Part shown: piece by piece, positions 1 to 9,109 of the stretch | Layout of the letters: the number at the start of each line of letters is the position of its first letter | Position numbering within the stretch: the first letter of the stretch is position 1 | Source of the DNA: Synechococcus sp. | GTDB lineage: Bacteria > Cyanobacteriota > Cyanobacteriia > PCC-6307 > Cyanobiaceae | DNA: 64,000 nt | Direction: 5' to 3' | Assembly (NCBI GenBank): GCA_047285305.1 | Contig: JBJBDL010000003.1 | Location: 1,696,001 to 1,760,000, forward strand | The notes under the pieces: generated by a model | What the model was told of the DNA's origin: nothing | Databases searched by the model: none | Seen by the model: only the letters and a program-made list of their open reading frames with translations | Made by a program: the position numbers and the translations under genes

Positions 1-832
1 GCTGCTGAACCAGACCACCAACCTGGCCAGCTCCAGCGCGGGTGAGCCGCAGGTGTGGCGGAAGCTGGCCCGTGCCCAGGCCTGGGCCGATGCCGACCGC
101 CTCTACTGGGTGCACGACCCCATCGATGGAGCAGTGCCAATCGTAGCCCTGCTGGATCCGGCCTACATCGCCCGCCGAGCCAGAGCAATGCAGGGCACCA
201 ACGGCTCAAGGCCAACACCTGGACTACCCCAAAGCATCGATCGTTATCCCTTCGGCAGGCCGGATCGGGGCATCGAACAGGGCACCAGCCAGATCACAAT
301 CGTGGACTCGAGCGGCAACATCGCCTCCTACACCTCCTCGGTGGAGACGCTCTTCGGGAGTCGGCACCTGATAGGAGGCATGGTGATGAATAATCAGCTC
401 ACCGATTTCGCCTTCAAGCCCAGGCTTGGAGGAAAACTGGTCGCCAACCACCGACTGCCCGGACGTCGGCCGATGTCATCGATGGCGCCGACGCTGGTGT
501 TCCGCAATGGCGAGCCGGTGCTAGCCCTAGGCAGTCCCGGCGGCCGCAGCATTCCCCATCTGCTCAGCCGGGTGCTGCTGGCGTCATTGGTCTGGAACGA
601 ACCGCCGGCACGAGCGGTGGGGCTTCCCCATCTCTCCCGGCGAGGCACAACGCTTGTGCTGGAAAGCGATCCGCCGCTGCCCTGGCCTTTGCCGCTGCAA
701 CAGCTCACAAGCGAGGCAAGCCCGCGACTTCAGAGCATCGGCAGCGGGACCGCTCTGCTTCAAAAAATCGATGCTGGCTGGCAGGGGGCCGCGGATCCGC
801 GCCGCGAAGGCACGGCCCTGGCCCTGCCCTGA
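1..832 (+). CDS. ggt: Gamma-glutamyltransferase, C-terminal part (5' end outside window)
   Basis: Catalytic-Thr region GTSQITIVD..GN, NNQLTDF, PGRRPMSSMAPT, GSPGG and terminal GAADPRREG motifs. Confidence 0.9.
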   Translation, partial: LLNQTTNLASSSAGEPQVWRKLARAQAWADADRLYWVHDPIDGAVPIVALLDPAYIARRARAMQGTNGSRPTPGLPQSIDRYPFGRPDRGIEQGTSQITIVDSSGNIASYTSSVETLFGSRHLIGGMVMNNQLTDFAFKPRLGGKLVANHRLPGRRPMSSMAPTLVFRNGEPVLALGSPGGRSIPHLLSRVLLASLVWNEPPARAVGLPHLSRRGTTLVLESDPPLPWPLPLQQLTSEASPRLQSIGSGTALLQKIDAGWQGAADPRREGTALALP

Positions 833-848
833 GGCAGCCAGCCGGCGC

Positions 849-1241
849 TCAACCTTTGGAGCGCAGGTGCGTGAAGCTGGGCACGCCATTGCCCCAGGCA
901 CGGGTGATGGCCAAGATCAATCCGCCAATCAGGGCCAGGTTCATCGCAAAGCCACTGTCCACAGGAAAGGTGTGGAAGATCAGCGTGGTGGGCACCAGGA
1001 ACAGCAGCAGCAGCGAGGAGCCCAGCACAGTGTTGCTACCGAATACCAGCAGGATCGATCCAGCGATCAGCACCACGATCGCCGCCACCAACAGCACAGA
1101 AGCCAGGGGTTCGGGGATGCCCTTGGATGCGATAAAGCCTGCGGTTTCAGCAAAGTTGGTGAACTTGGCCGGCAGGGCATTCACAAACACCGCCGCCATC
1201 AGCACTCGGCCGAGGAAATCGAACAGCTTCGAAGCATTCAT
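849..1241 (-). CDS. DoxX family membrane protein
   Basis: 130 aa, four hydrophobic segments, GRVLMAAVF...FLVPTTLIFH...NLALIGGL pattern. Confidence 0.85.
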   Translation of the reverse strand: MNASKLFDFLGRVLMAAVFVNALPAKFTNFAETAGFIASKGIPEPLASVLLVAAIVVLIAGSILLVFGSNTVLGSSLLLLFLVPTTLIFHTFPVDSGFAMNLALIGGLILAITRAWGNGVPSFTHLRSKG

Positions 1242-1406
1242 GGGATCAATAGCCCGCAGGCAGAGCAGTCATGACAAGCACCCTAGAGAGCAACTGTTCA
1301 GCAAGAACATTCACCGGCCACCAGAGGATGAGCTAATCCAGGGATGGAGATCAGCCGTCAAAGGCGGTAAGACGGAGTTCAGCAGGGTCGGGATGGGCCG
1401 AGCTCG

Positions 1407-2282
1407 ATGCTGGAGATCAGACCCTTCGCCCCAGCCGACCTCGACGTGGTCACGGCCTTGGCCCGTGAGCAGGATTTCGCTCCAGGGGTCGGCGACATCG
1501 AGATCTACGCCAACACCGATCGCCAGGGGGTCTGGCTCGCTTGGCAAGACAACGCACCAGTGGGGTGCATCGCGGCGGTCACCTACAACCCCGACTACGC
1601 CTTCATTGGCCTGTTCGTGGTGAAGCCGGAGCATCGGGGCCAAGGGATCGGCCGTCGGCTCTGGCATCACGCCTTAAAAACACTCAGCGGCGTTCAGTGC
1701 ATCGGCCTGGAGGCCGCGGTGCAAATGGTGGGCTTCTATGAACGAGCTGGATTTCAGAAGGACTGCATCACCACACGCCGGCAGATGCTGTTCCGCAGCG
1801 AAGCATCACTGGACGCAAGCCCCAGCCAGCGCAGCGACGTCGCCGTCGTGCCCTTGCTCCAGGTGTCGCTGGAGGCGATTCAGCGCTACGACGAACGCCA
1901 TGAGATCAGCCCAAGACCCCACTTCCTTGAACTATGGCTCCGCCACAGAGCAGGAGATGTGTTTGCGGCGAGAGATGCCGAGGGCGAATGCCATGGTTAC
2001 GTGCGCATTCGGCCTTGCCTGCTGCCGATCGGCGAGGGATGGCGTGTGGGCCCCTGGCTCGCCGAAGACCCCGGCATGGCCTCGCTGTTACTCAACAACG
2101 CCCTGGACCACCACAACGGTGTCGTACTGATCGACACCCCCGGCCACAACCCGAGCGCCAAAACTATTCTCAGCGCCAGGGGCTTCAAACCCATGACGTC
2201 AACGGTGCGGATGTACAAGGGCGTGATCCCCAAGGGGCACGACCGCAACGTTTACGGCCTGGCCTGCCTCGAGCTGGGTTGA
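1407..2282 (+). CDS. GNAT family N-acetyltransferase (two-domain, YitH-like)
   Basis: Acetyl-CoA motif VKPEHRGQGIG and FYERAGF; C-terminal LACLELG. Confidence 0.85.
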   Translation: MLEIRPFAPADLDVVTALAREQDFAPGVGDIEIYANTDRQGVWLAWQDNAPVGCIAAVTYNPDYAFIGLFVVKPEHRGQGIGRRLWHHALKTLSGVQCIGLEAAVQMVGFYERAGFQKDCITTRRQMLFRSEASLDASPSQRSDVAVVPLLQVSLEAIQRYDERHEISPRPHFLELWLRHRAGDVFAARDAEGECHGYVRIRPCLLPIGEGWRVGPWLAEDPGMASLLLNNALDHHNGVVLIDTPGHNPSAKTILSARGFKPMTSTVRMYKGVIPKGHDRNVYGLACLELG

Positions 2283-2293
2283 TCGCAGAACGA

Positions 2294-2458
2294 TCACTCC
2301 ACCAGGAATTCGCTGCGTAAGGCCCGCGCATCCTGAATCCGCTGCCCCACCGCGAGCTGGCGGAGGCGGGTGTTTAACCAGGTGCGAAGTCGGGTGGACG
2401 ACACCGACTTTTTCAACAGTCCGTCCGAAGGCTCAGGCGTGCCGAAGGGAATCGTCAT
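2294..2458 (-). CDS. Small hypothetical protein (54 aa, MTIPFGTPEP...RLRTWLNTRLRQLA...DARALRSEFLVE)
   Basis: Hand-translated ATG-TGA ORF below the track cut-off; protein-like composition, convergent with the GNAT gene. Confidence 0.6.
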   Translation of the reverse strand: MTIPFGTPEPSDGLLKKSVSSTRLRTWLNTRLRQLAVGQRIQDARALRSEFLVE

Positions 2459-2943
2459 CAGCAACGCGCGGGGATTCAGGCTAATCAGATAGCAGCCACG
2501 CCAGCCCGACTTTCAGCTGGTTCAACCCTGAAAGGCAATGCGTGTTCGTGCTGATTGCAAGGGCCTGGCTCAGCCCCAAGACTTTGTGCATCGAGATCGG
2601 AGGCGTCCATGCGAGACGACGGTCCAACCGAGCAGGCTTCAGAAGCAAGCTGACTTTCAGGCCCCTGCTCCAACAGTTTTCACACCTCTTGTTGGGTGCG
2701 CCCTTCGACAGGCCTTGTGCGAAAGGCCAGGCCGATCGGCACTCCATCTGCACCGTGCCAGATGCCCTAAGGAACTTCCATCACCCGACCCATTGGAACC
2801 TGGCCCCAGGCGCCATAAGCCAGACGCTTCGACCTTCCTTCAGCCACATCTGATGGATTGCGTCATGCACAAAAGAGCTAGTCAGGCCGCCTGTTCACCG
2901 GAACGGGACGGCCACAAGAACCCTGAACACCACCGTTAAGACA

Positions 2944-2983
2944 CAGACCCCCGGCCCCCTCCTTCATAGGGACCGGGGGTCTG
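2944..2983. terminator. Inverted repeat, probable terminator after the 139-aa gene
   Basis: CAGACCCCCGG ... CCGGGGGTCTG 11-bp stem. Confidence 0.5.
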
Positions 2984-2991
2984 CTGCTGAT

Positions 2992-3411
2992 TCAGGCCTT
3001 GCGATTTTGATCGGCCTGCCGCAGTTGCTCACGAAGGATAATCGGATCATCACAGTGGGATCTGCGGTAAAGCGCTTTGATCTTGCGTGACTCCTCATCG
3101 AGCAACTCCAGCTCAACCGCGTCCGCCATTCCCACGGTGAAATCTTCGATCTGACGGTCTTCAAACTGATTCTCCAGAGCCATCAACTCTTTCAACGAAT
3201 CGCTCATATAGAGACAACTCGACGCCATCAACTTAAGGTTTTCCCGAATCTTGATGTCAGCCTGCTCGCGAACATCCCGGGCCTTTTCCAGCGTGGCAAT
3301 CAGATCTCCACTGGCCGCCTCCTCAATCGTTGCCGCAGAAACCGTTGAGGTTGTTGCACAACCCAGCATCAGCACCAGCAGCAACGCCAGAACGGATTGC
3401 AAAACCTTCAT
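2992..3411 (-). CDS. Hypothetical exported/lipoprotein-like protein
   Basis: 139 aa with signal-peptide-like N-terminus (LLVLMLGC) and helical acidic body. Confidence 0.7.
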   Translation of the reverse strand: MKVLQSVLALLLVLMLGCATTSTVSAATIEEAASGDLIATLEKARDVREQADIKIRENLKLMASSCLYMSDSLKELMALENQFEDRQIEDFTVGMADAVELELLDEESRKIKALYRRSHCDDPIILREQLRQADQNRKA

Positions 3412-3579
3412 CGGAGCCCCAGAAGAGAGGTCACGTTAAGGGGAGTCATCAGACGACGTCCCTTCAAATGAGGGAGACATCGTTTTAGATCACCACCCCA
3501 CAACCCCTCAAGTGGGTGATGTGTGGCCCTCAGGTTTTACCGATGCTGATGGAACACGATCCGAGGAGCACCGAAAACC

Positions 3580-3757
3580 ATGACCAAGACAACCGCCAAA
3601 GCTCAATTGCTCGATCTGCTGATCGAACCGCTGAAGGGATGCAAAGGGCTTTATTACCATCGGCAGAACCTGATGCAACGGGTGATGCGCACCTCCAGAT
3701 CTAGAGGTGCGCGATCACCTCGATCGGCTCAAGGCCAGCCATTTCCCAGGCACGTAA
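3580..3757 (+). pseudogene. Small hypothetical protein, probably frameshifted near 3694
   Basis: MTKTTAKAQLLDLLIEPLKGCKG...RVMRT continues plausibly in the +1 frame as PDLEVRDHLDRLKASHFPGT*. Confidence 0.5.
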
Positions 3758-3887
3758 ACCATCAAGAGCCAAAGAGCGCAATTCTTAAGGAATACTGAGA
3801 GAGGCAAAGAAAACAACCCCGTATCGGTTGTCGCAGCCCGGTCCAATCACGGATCCGTAGGACGGCTGCAGTTTCAAACGTGATCCC

Positions 3888-4070
3888 ATGGCCGAAACCC
3901 TGCGTTTTCCCTACTCCGTTCAAGGCAATGGAACCGTGGAATCGATCGGAAATCACCTGTATCAGGTCTGCGGACCAGTCGGATGCACCGTTGTGATGGG
4001 GCTCAGCTACGCGCTCTACCTGAGTCGCAACGTACCTGAAGTGGAACACTTCCACCGCTCACATCGATGA
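3888..4070 (+). CDS. Small hypothetical protein (60 aa)
   Basis: ATG start, protein-like sequence with CxxxxC. Confidence 0.55.
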   Translation: MAETLRFPYSVQGNGTVESIGNHLYQVCGPVGCTVVMGLSYALYLSRNVPEVEHFHRSHR

Positions 4071-4283
4071 CAAGAAAAATCGCCCCAGCCGTGGAGCGAA
4101 TCATCAAGCCAGAGCAATCCCCATCACCCGGCAAATAGCACCAGACCTTGATGCCTTGGCTCGATAGTACTCATCCAGCCCCAGATCTAGGGGGAGCAAT
4201 ATCACTTATGCAGGCCCCTTGATCACACATCAACGCTGCATGTGGTGGCCATGCTCGTTATGCTGGGAGATCCCCATCACCCG

Positions 4284-4310
4284 GCCCGCCTCTACGGCGG
4301 GCTTTTTTGT
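4284..4310 (+). terminator. Rho-independent terminator
   Basis: GCCCGCC-TCTAC-GGCGGGC followed by TTTTTTGT. Confidence 0.8.
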
Positions 4311-4493
4311 TACATCACCCCAGATGTAGCGCCAGGGGCAACACTTTGCGTAGGGGTCACAGAAAAGGGAGGGTTCCCTAGCCCCTCCCCTTTTCGACGG
4401 TGTCCCCCCTGTTCTGAGCCGGGGGGTTACGCGTTGATTCTGTATCCCTAGGAACCAAAAGGAAAAGGTGATTGCACCTAGCCAAAGGTCGCA

Positions 4494-4670
4494 TCAGCGA
4501 TCAAGCAGGCCAGCGTCAATCTTGGTGTCGGGATTGAGCTTGATCAGCATCCAAAGCAACATGGCCGAGCAATCGCGATCACTCACGCCGTAGTCATATT
4601 TCCAGTCAGCCACCATTCCCTTGAGGTCTGCCTGAGCCTGGGTGATGAACTCATCGTTCCATTCCTGCAC
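4494..4670 (-). CDS. Small hypothetical protein (58 aa, MQEWNDEFITQAQADLKGMVADWKYDYGVSDRDCSAMLLWMLIKLNPDTKIDAGLLDR)
   Basis: Hand-translated GTG-start ORF immediately downstream of the 89-aa gene. Confidence 0.7.
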   Translation of the reverse strand: MQEWNDEFITQAQADLKGMVADWKYDYGVSDRDCSAMLLWMLIKLNPDTKIDAGLLDR

Positions 4671-4678
4671 CAATCGAT

Positions 4679-4948
4679 TCAGTCCTCTTCGAGATCCTCT
4701 TCTTTGACGTAGAAGGGCTCATCAGAACCGGGCTGATCGTTCTCCAGCACGAGCACCTTGAGCGAATCATCGCTCTCAAACACAAAGAGGCCATCCTCAT
4801 CGGGATGCACCCCCTTCATTTCAGGATGCTGGTTGACGAGGCGCTTGAGGCGGTGCTTCTCCTTCCAGAACTTGGTCCCCTTTTCAACCAAATAAACCGT
4901 CAGAGCCAAGTTCACCAGCACGAGGGCGAGGAACTCCAAGGCCTGCAT
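4679..4948 (-). CDS. Hypothetical membrane-anchored protein (89 aa)
   Basis: N-terminal TM segment, acidic C-terminus. Confidence 0.65.
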   Translation of the reverse strand: MQALEFLALVLVNLALTVYLVEKGTKFWKEKHRLKRLVNQHPEMKGVHPDEDGLFVFESDDSLKVLVLENDQPGSDEPFYVKEEDLEED

Positions 4949-5058
4949 AAATCAAAACCGTGCTCAGACGACACTAGCGATAGAAGCAGGGAGCGCCATA
5001 GCAAGCGATACCAAGCGTCCAAAGGCACAAGAAGAACGGGACAGGGCAGCAATGCCGG

Positions 5059-5081
5059 CTCATAATGAGAATGATTCTCGG
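5059..5081. promoter_or_regulatory. Fur-family (Zur/Fur) operator upstream of the COG0523-like operon
   Basis: CTCATAATGAGAATGATTCTCGG contains the 7-1-7 near-palindrome TGAGAAT-G-ATTCTCG, about 20 nt before the ATG. Confidence 0.65.
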
Positions 5082-5098
5082 ATGTCGAGGAGGTTGCG

Positions 5099-5878
5099 AT
5101 GGGGCAGGTGTGCCTGATTTCAGGTCCTCCGGGGTGCGGGAAAACAACCTGGGCGCTCCAAAGGCTTCAGCAGCATCAAGGTCCCTGCGCTTACCTGCGG
5201 CTGGGGGGAGAGAAGGAAGCGGGGCTTGAGCAGGGGGAAGACAGCGGAATCGACCTGGCCTGGCTCAAGGACCAGGTGCCCAGGCTTGAGGAACCGGCGA
5301 CAGCCAAAACGACAGACCTGAAGCAGGACAACGATGGGCTGACCCTGATCGAAGTGCAGCAGTTCCACCCCCCCAGCAAGGATGGCATTGAAGGTCTCGG
5401 AGACGACGTTCGTTCCAAGCTGGAGGCCTTGCAACTGCACCCCGATCAACTCCTGCACTTCGGGCGAGACCCTGAATTGCCTGCGAAGGACACCTTGGAG
5501 TTCAGCAAGCTCGAGGCCTGGCACACCTCCCTTTCCGGTTCTGTCTGGGATCCCAACAGCCTTAGCAGCTTCTGGTTTGAACTCGTCAATGGTGCCTACG
5601 GGGATGTGTACCGCGCCAAAGGCCTGATGAATCTTCCTGACGGGCGTGGATTTTTCTGCAATTGGATGGTGAGCCAGCAGTCATCCCAGTTCCTTCCCCT
5701 GGACACCACGGCACCACCGCAGGGTCGCCCCAGTCGAACCTCAGAGATCGTTGTCCAGGGGAAGGCACTCAACCCTGAAGGCATTCAAGCCACGATCAAC
5801 GACTGTCTGCTCGCGGATGACGTGCTCGCCATGCAGCAACAACAGATCCAACAACAACAACCCACATCGCAAGGCTGA
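5099..5878 (+). CDS. COG0523/CobW-like P-loop protein (putative metallochaperone) with CobW_C-like C-terminus
   Basis: Walker A GPPGCGKTT; C-terminal YGDVYRAKG...EIVVQG typical of CobW_C. Confidence 0.75.
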   Translation: MGQVCLISGPPGCGKTTWALQRLQQHQGPCAYLRLGGEKEAGLEQGEDSGIDLAWLKDQVPRLEEPATAKTTDLKQDNDGLTLIEVQQFHPPSKDGIEGLGDDVRSKLEALQLHPDQLLHFGRDPELPAKDTLEFSKLEAWHTSLSGSVWDPNSLSSFWFELVNGAYGDVYRAKGLMNLPDGRGFFCNWMVSQQSSQFLPLDTTAPPQGRPSRTSEIVVQGKALNPEGIQATINDCLLADDVLAMQQQQIQQQQPTSQG

Positions 5879-5883
5879 TTGAC

Positions 5884-6699
5884 ATGAACCACGCCGTCAT
5901 CTCCTGTTTGCACTCCAACCTTGCCGCCGTGGAGGCCGTGCTTGACGACATCGACTCCCAGGGCATCCAAACCATCACCTGTCTCGGAGACCTTGTGGGC
6001 TATGGACCCCAGCCCAATGAAGTGGTGCAACTGGTGCGTAAGCGCGAGATTCCCACCTGCCAAGGGTGCTGGGACGAAGACATCATTGACGGTCTGAATG
6101 CCTGTGAATGCAGCTATCCCTCCCAACTGGCGGAACGACGAGGCCATCGCGCTCATCACTGGACAGCCGATCTGCTGACGGAGGAGAACAAGGCCTTTCT
6201 GGCTGAACTTCCGATGACACTGCGGCGCGACAAGCTGCTGTTTGTGCATGGCAGTCCGAACAGTCAGCACGAATATCTGTTGCCTGACATGAATGCCTTT
6301 GCGGCCCTTGAGCGAGTGGAAACAGCAGGGGCGGAAACCTTGTTCTGCGGCCACACCCATCAGCCCTATGTACGCGAACTACGCCAGGGATCCATTCGGG
6401 TGAAGGTGCAACAACGCGATCAAGGCGCAGCAACAGAGCAAGAGCTGGCACTGCCGATGCGGCGGATCGTTAACGCTGGTTCCGTTGGGGAACCCCGTCA
6501 TGGCAGCACCAAAGCCACTTATGTCATCCATAACGACAACACCGGAGAGGTGACGATTCGAGAGGTCGACTACGACGTCGCTAAAACCTGTCGAGCGATC
6601 GTTGATGCGGGCTTACCGGAGGTGTTTGCCTGGAGACTGAGCCACGGCTTCGAATATGCCGAGCGGGCTGAAGACGCCAGCCACGTGTGCGAGCGCTGA
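5884..6699 (+). CDS. Calcineurin-like metallophosphoesterase family protein
   Basis: ISCLHSN, CLGDLVGYGP, VHGSP, FCGHTH, NAGSVG motifs. Confidence 0.9.
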   Translation: MNHAVISCLHSNLAAVEAVLDDIDSQGIQTITCLGDLVGYGPQPNEVVQLVRKREIPTCQGCWDEDIIDGLNACECSYPSQLAERRGHRAHHWTADLLTEENKAFLAELPMTLRRDKLLFVHGSPNSQHEYLLPDMNAFAALERVETAGAETLFCGHTHQPYVRELRQGSIRVKVQQRDQGAATEQELALPMRRIVNAGSVGEPRHGSTKATYVIHNDNTGEVTIREVDYDVAKTCRAIVDAGLPEVFAWRLSHGFEYAERAEDASHVCER

Positions 6700-7409
6700 T
6701 GGAACGCTGGGCCCTAGTGAGTGGTCTCCAAGGAGACCTGGATCTTTACGAACAGATTCAGAAGGAGTTGAAGCAACAACGGGGTGTTGCCAATCTCTTC
6801 GTTCTCGGTGATCTGATCGGATCACAACGCAAGTGCGATCCACTGCTCGAGCGTTTGAGGCAGCCGAAACGCTGTGATCTTCAGCCCGACTGCATCTATG
6901 GCTGGTGGGAAGAGCAACTTCTGGCGGAGTGTGGTTACCGCGGCGAACGCAAGGCTGACGGCCTCAGAGCCGAATACGGCGAAGCGGCGGTAGGCAAGCT
7001 TCTTGCTTCGGTGGACGCTGACCATCTCAACTGGCTGGCATCGCTGCAGTTCGGCTTCATCGAACTTGACTGCGCTTTGATTCATGGCAGCTCCGCTGAC
7101 ATCGGCGACCGGCTGACGGAAGACACCTCAGCCCTGGTGCTACTGGATCGGCTGACGCGACTAGATGTGAACCGACTTTTTACGGCGCGGTGTAGGCGTC
7201 AGTTCCGACTGGAGCTTTCCGGTGGGTCCGTCCAATCCCACGTCAAAGACCATGCCGGTGAACAGCAGAGCGAGCAGGCTGTGCCCAAGCGAAGCGTGAT
7301 CGGCATCGGCGGGGGGAGGCAATACACCCTCTACGACCCCGCCACGGATCAGATCGAGTTTCGGATTGCGGGAGAACCCTCCAACGCTTCGGGGCAAGGC
7401 TTTGGCTGA
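6699..7409 (+). CDS. Degenerate metallophosphoesterase-fold protein
   Basis: VSGLQGD, VLGDLIG, IHGS; paralogous layout to the preceding gene, start overlaps its stop. Confidence 0.75.
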   Translation: MERWALVSGLQGDLDLYEQIQKELKQQRGVANLFVLGDLIGSQRKCDPLLERLRQPKRCDLQPDCIYGWWEEQLLAECGYRGERKADGLRAEYGEAAVGKLLASVDADHLNWLASLQFGFIELDCALIHGSSADIGDRLTEDTSALVLLDRLTRLDVNRLFTARCRRQFRLELSGGSVQSHVKDHAGEQQSEQAVPKRSVIGIGGGRQYTLYDPATDQIEFRIAGEPSNASGQGFG

Positions 7410-7478
7410 GAGTCACATTTCTCGAGGCCAATCAAAGCGCAAGGCTCTCCATACGCTCGAACCAAACACAAGCGACGC

Positions 7479-7736
7479 ATGATCGACCACAACCAACAAA
7501 AGCTCACAGCTCGAGAGATGGTGCGAGCCCACGCCTACCCCGTACTGGCTGCCGTCAGTAGTTTCAGCCTGCTCAGCATCGCGGTTCTGCTGATCCCGCA
7601 AGCGGTCAAAACTCATCGCTACAACCGCTGCATCGACGCACAGATCGCCATGCGGGCCAGCATCAATCCCAAGGGAGGCACAGCTGCCGGCAAGATGAAT
7701 TACCTCAAAGCCGTCGAACACTGCGAAGGCTTCTGA
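7479..7736 (+). CDS. Hypothetical membrane protein (85 aa)
   Basis: Single TM, NRCI...VEHCEGF. Confidence 0.7.
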   Translation: MIDHNQQKLTAREMVRAHAYPVLAAVSSFSLLSIAVLLIPQAVKTHRYNRCIDAQIAMRASINPKGGTAAGKMNYLKAVEHCEGF

Positions 7737-7740
7737 ACAG

Positions 7741-7962
7741 ATGCGCGCCATTCAACCGTTATCGGCTCTCAGCTTCGGCGTATTGGCCCTTTTGGTGACC
7801 CAATTGCCAGGAATGGCCCACGGCAAGGGTCTCTACGCCACAGAAGCTGAAGCCCAGCAGCGGGCGGCTGAAATCGGTTGCAACAGCGTTCACGAGAACA
7901 AAGGACGCTGGATGCCTTGCGCTAACGAACGAGAGCTGCACCAACAGATGCGCAAGCAATGA
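7741..7962 (+). CDS. DUF3721-like small exported protein
   Basis: Signal peptide then YATEAEAQQRAAEIGC..VH....WMPC pattern. Confidence 0.7.
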   Translation: MRAIQPLSALSFGVLALLVTQLPGMAHGKGLYATEAEAQQRAAEIGCNSVHENKGRWMPCANERELHQQMRKQ

Positions 7963-8243
7963 AAGGCTCCAGAACAACCAGCCGACAGGCGCGGCGCATC
8001 CATCGCTGGCTGGTGCCGATCGCCGCAGCACCACTGCTGATCACCGCAGGAACCGGCTCCCTCTACAGCCTGCTGCTGGAGCAGAACATTGATGCCTTCT
8101 GGCTGCTCAAGCTGCACACAGGAGAGTTCGGCTGGCTCAATCTTCAGCCCGTGTACCCAATCCTGCTAGGAACTCTCACCATTGTTGTGACCGTGTCTGG
8201 GCTGACGATGCTGTTCAGACCAGCCCGAATGAAAGGAGACTGA
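7959..8243 (+). CDS. PepSY-associated TM-helix small membrane protein
   Basis: RRIHRW...ITAGTG and LKLHTG motifs; overlaps the upstream stop (ATGA). Confidence 0.75.
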   Translation: MKGSRTTSRQARRIHRWLVPIAAAPLLITAGTGSLYSLLLEQNIDAFWLLKLHTGEFGWLNLQPVYPILLGTLTIVVTVSGLTMLFRPARMKGD

Positions 8244-8259
8244 AACCAACCCGACCGCC

Positions 8260-8433
8260 TCACTCCGCGCAAGTGCAGCCGCAGGAGCCACTGCGATGGC
8301 AGGGCTCGTGGTTGGGATGAGCGGTGGCACAAGCCTCTGAACAGAAACTCTGGCCATCGCGAATAACAGCCTGGGACGCTTGCACCTCACAGGTGCAACG
8401 AGGACAGGCACAGGGAGTAGCGGGAGGTATCAC
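8260..8433 (-). CDS. smtA: Bacterial metallothionein (BmtA/SmtA family)
   Basis: CACPRCTC...FCSEACATAHPNHEPCH..SCGCTC; GTG start at 8433 assumed. Confidence 0.9.
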   Translation of the reverse strand: MIPPATPCACPRCTCEVQASQAVIRDGQSFCSEACATAHPNHEPCHRSGSCGCTCAE

Positions 8434-9109
8434 AAATAATCGACCCTCTGCTGCATAGATCGAAAAAAGATGACCCCAGAATAAACACACCATTTCCAAA
8501 CACAATTCATGCGAAAAGTGATAACACTTCTCACCACATGCAGAGATTTAGCAGGAAGGAGTAGCGTCCAAGAGAAAGTGGGCAAAAGAGCCAAAAAGAT
8601 AAAGGGCAATAATCACGAGGAAATAGAGCATATGACACAAGCAGGAGCAATCAAATCCACCAAAAATAAACAAAGCAATAGAAGAATTAAAAGAACATCA
8701 ACTCAAAGAGCATGAACTACATAAATCAACTTAGAAACAAGACGCTTCAAGAAATCAATGCATGGTGCTACCAACGCGCTTCCCACCTTTCAATCACTGG
8801 TCACGACAAGGCAGCACAGGCTCTAACAGAGGAGCACATGGAGTTACTCCAAGACGTTAACCCCGAAAATGTACTATGGGTTGAAAATTAACAGACACAG
8901 CGCCTTTATCGCGCCGACGAATTGTGTCATACCTGACCTCAAAGAAAGCAAATATCACAAGAATAGACAAAATCAAGAAGCCAAGTCGTGCTATAAAAGA
9001 CATCAAATTTGCACGGAATCTTGCAATGACTGTTCATACACAGCAAAAAAATTTGCACAAAGAAATTGAGCACATCCTGGTGTAGCAAAAGTAACAAGCC
9101 AACGCGTCA

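Noticed and set aside
2481..2939. Overlapping ORFs of 62-133 aa
   Set aside because: No recognisable motif in any frame; possibly a decayed gene but unsupported
5833..5860. CAA/CAG-rich poly-Gln tail
   Set aside because: Short, in-frame, imperfect low-complexity tail; no evidence of phase variation
8509..9069. Lys-rich ORFs in A-rich DNA
   Set aside because: Composition-driven ORFs in an AT-rich intergenic region
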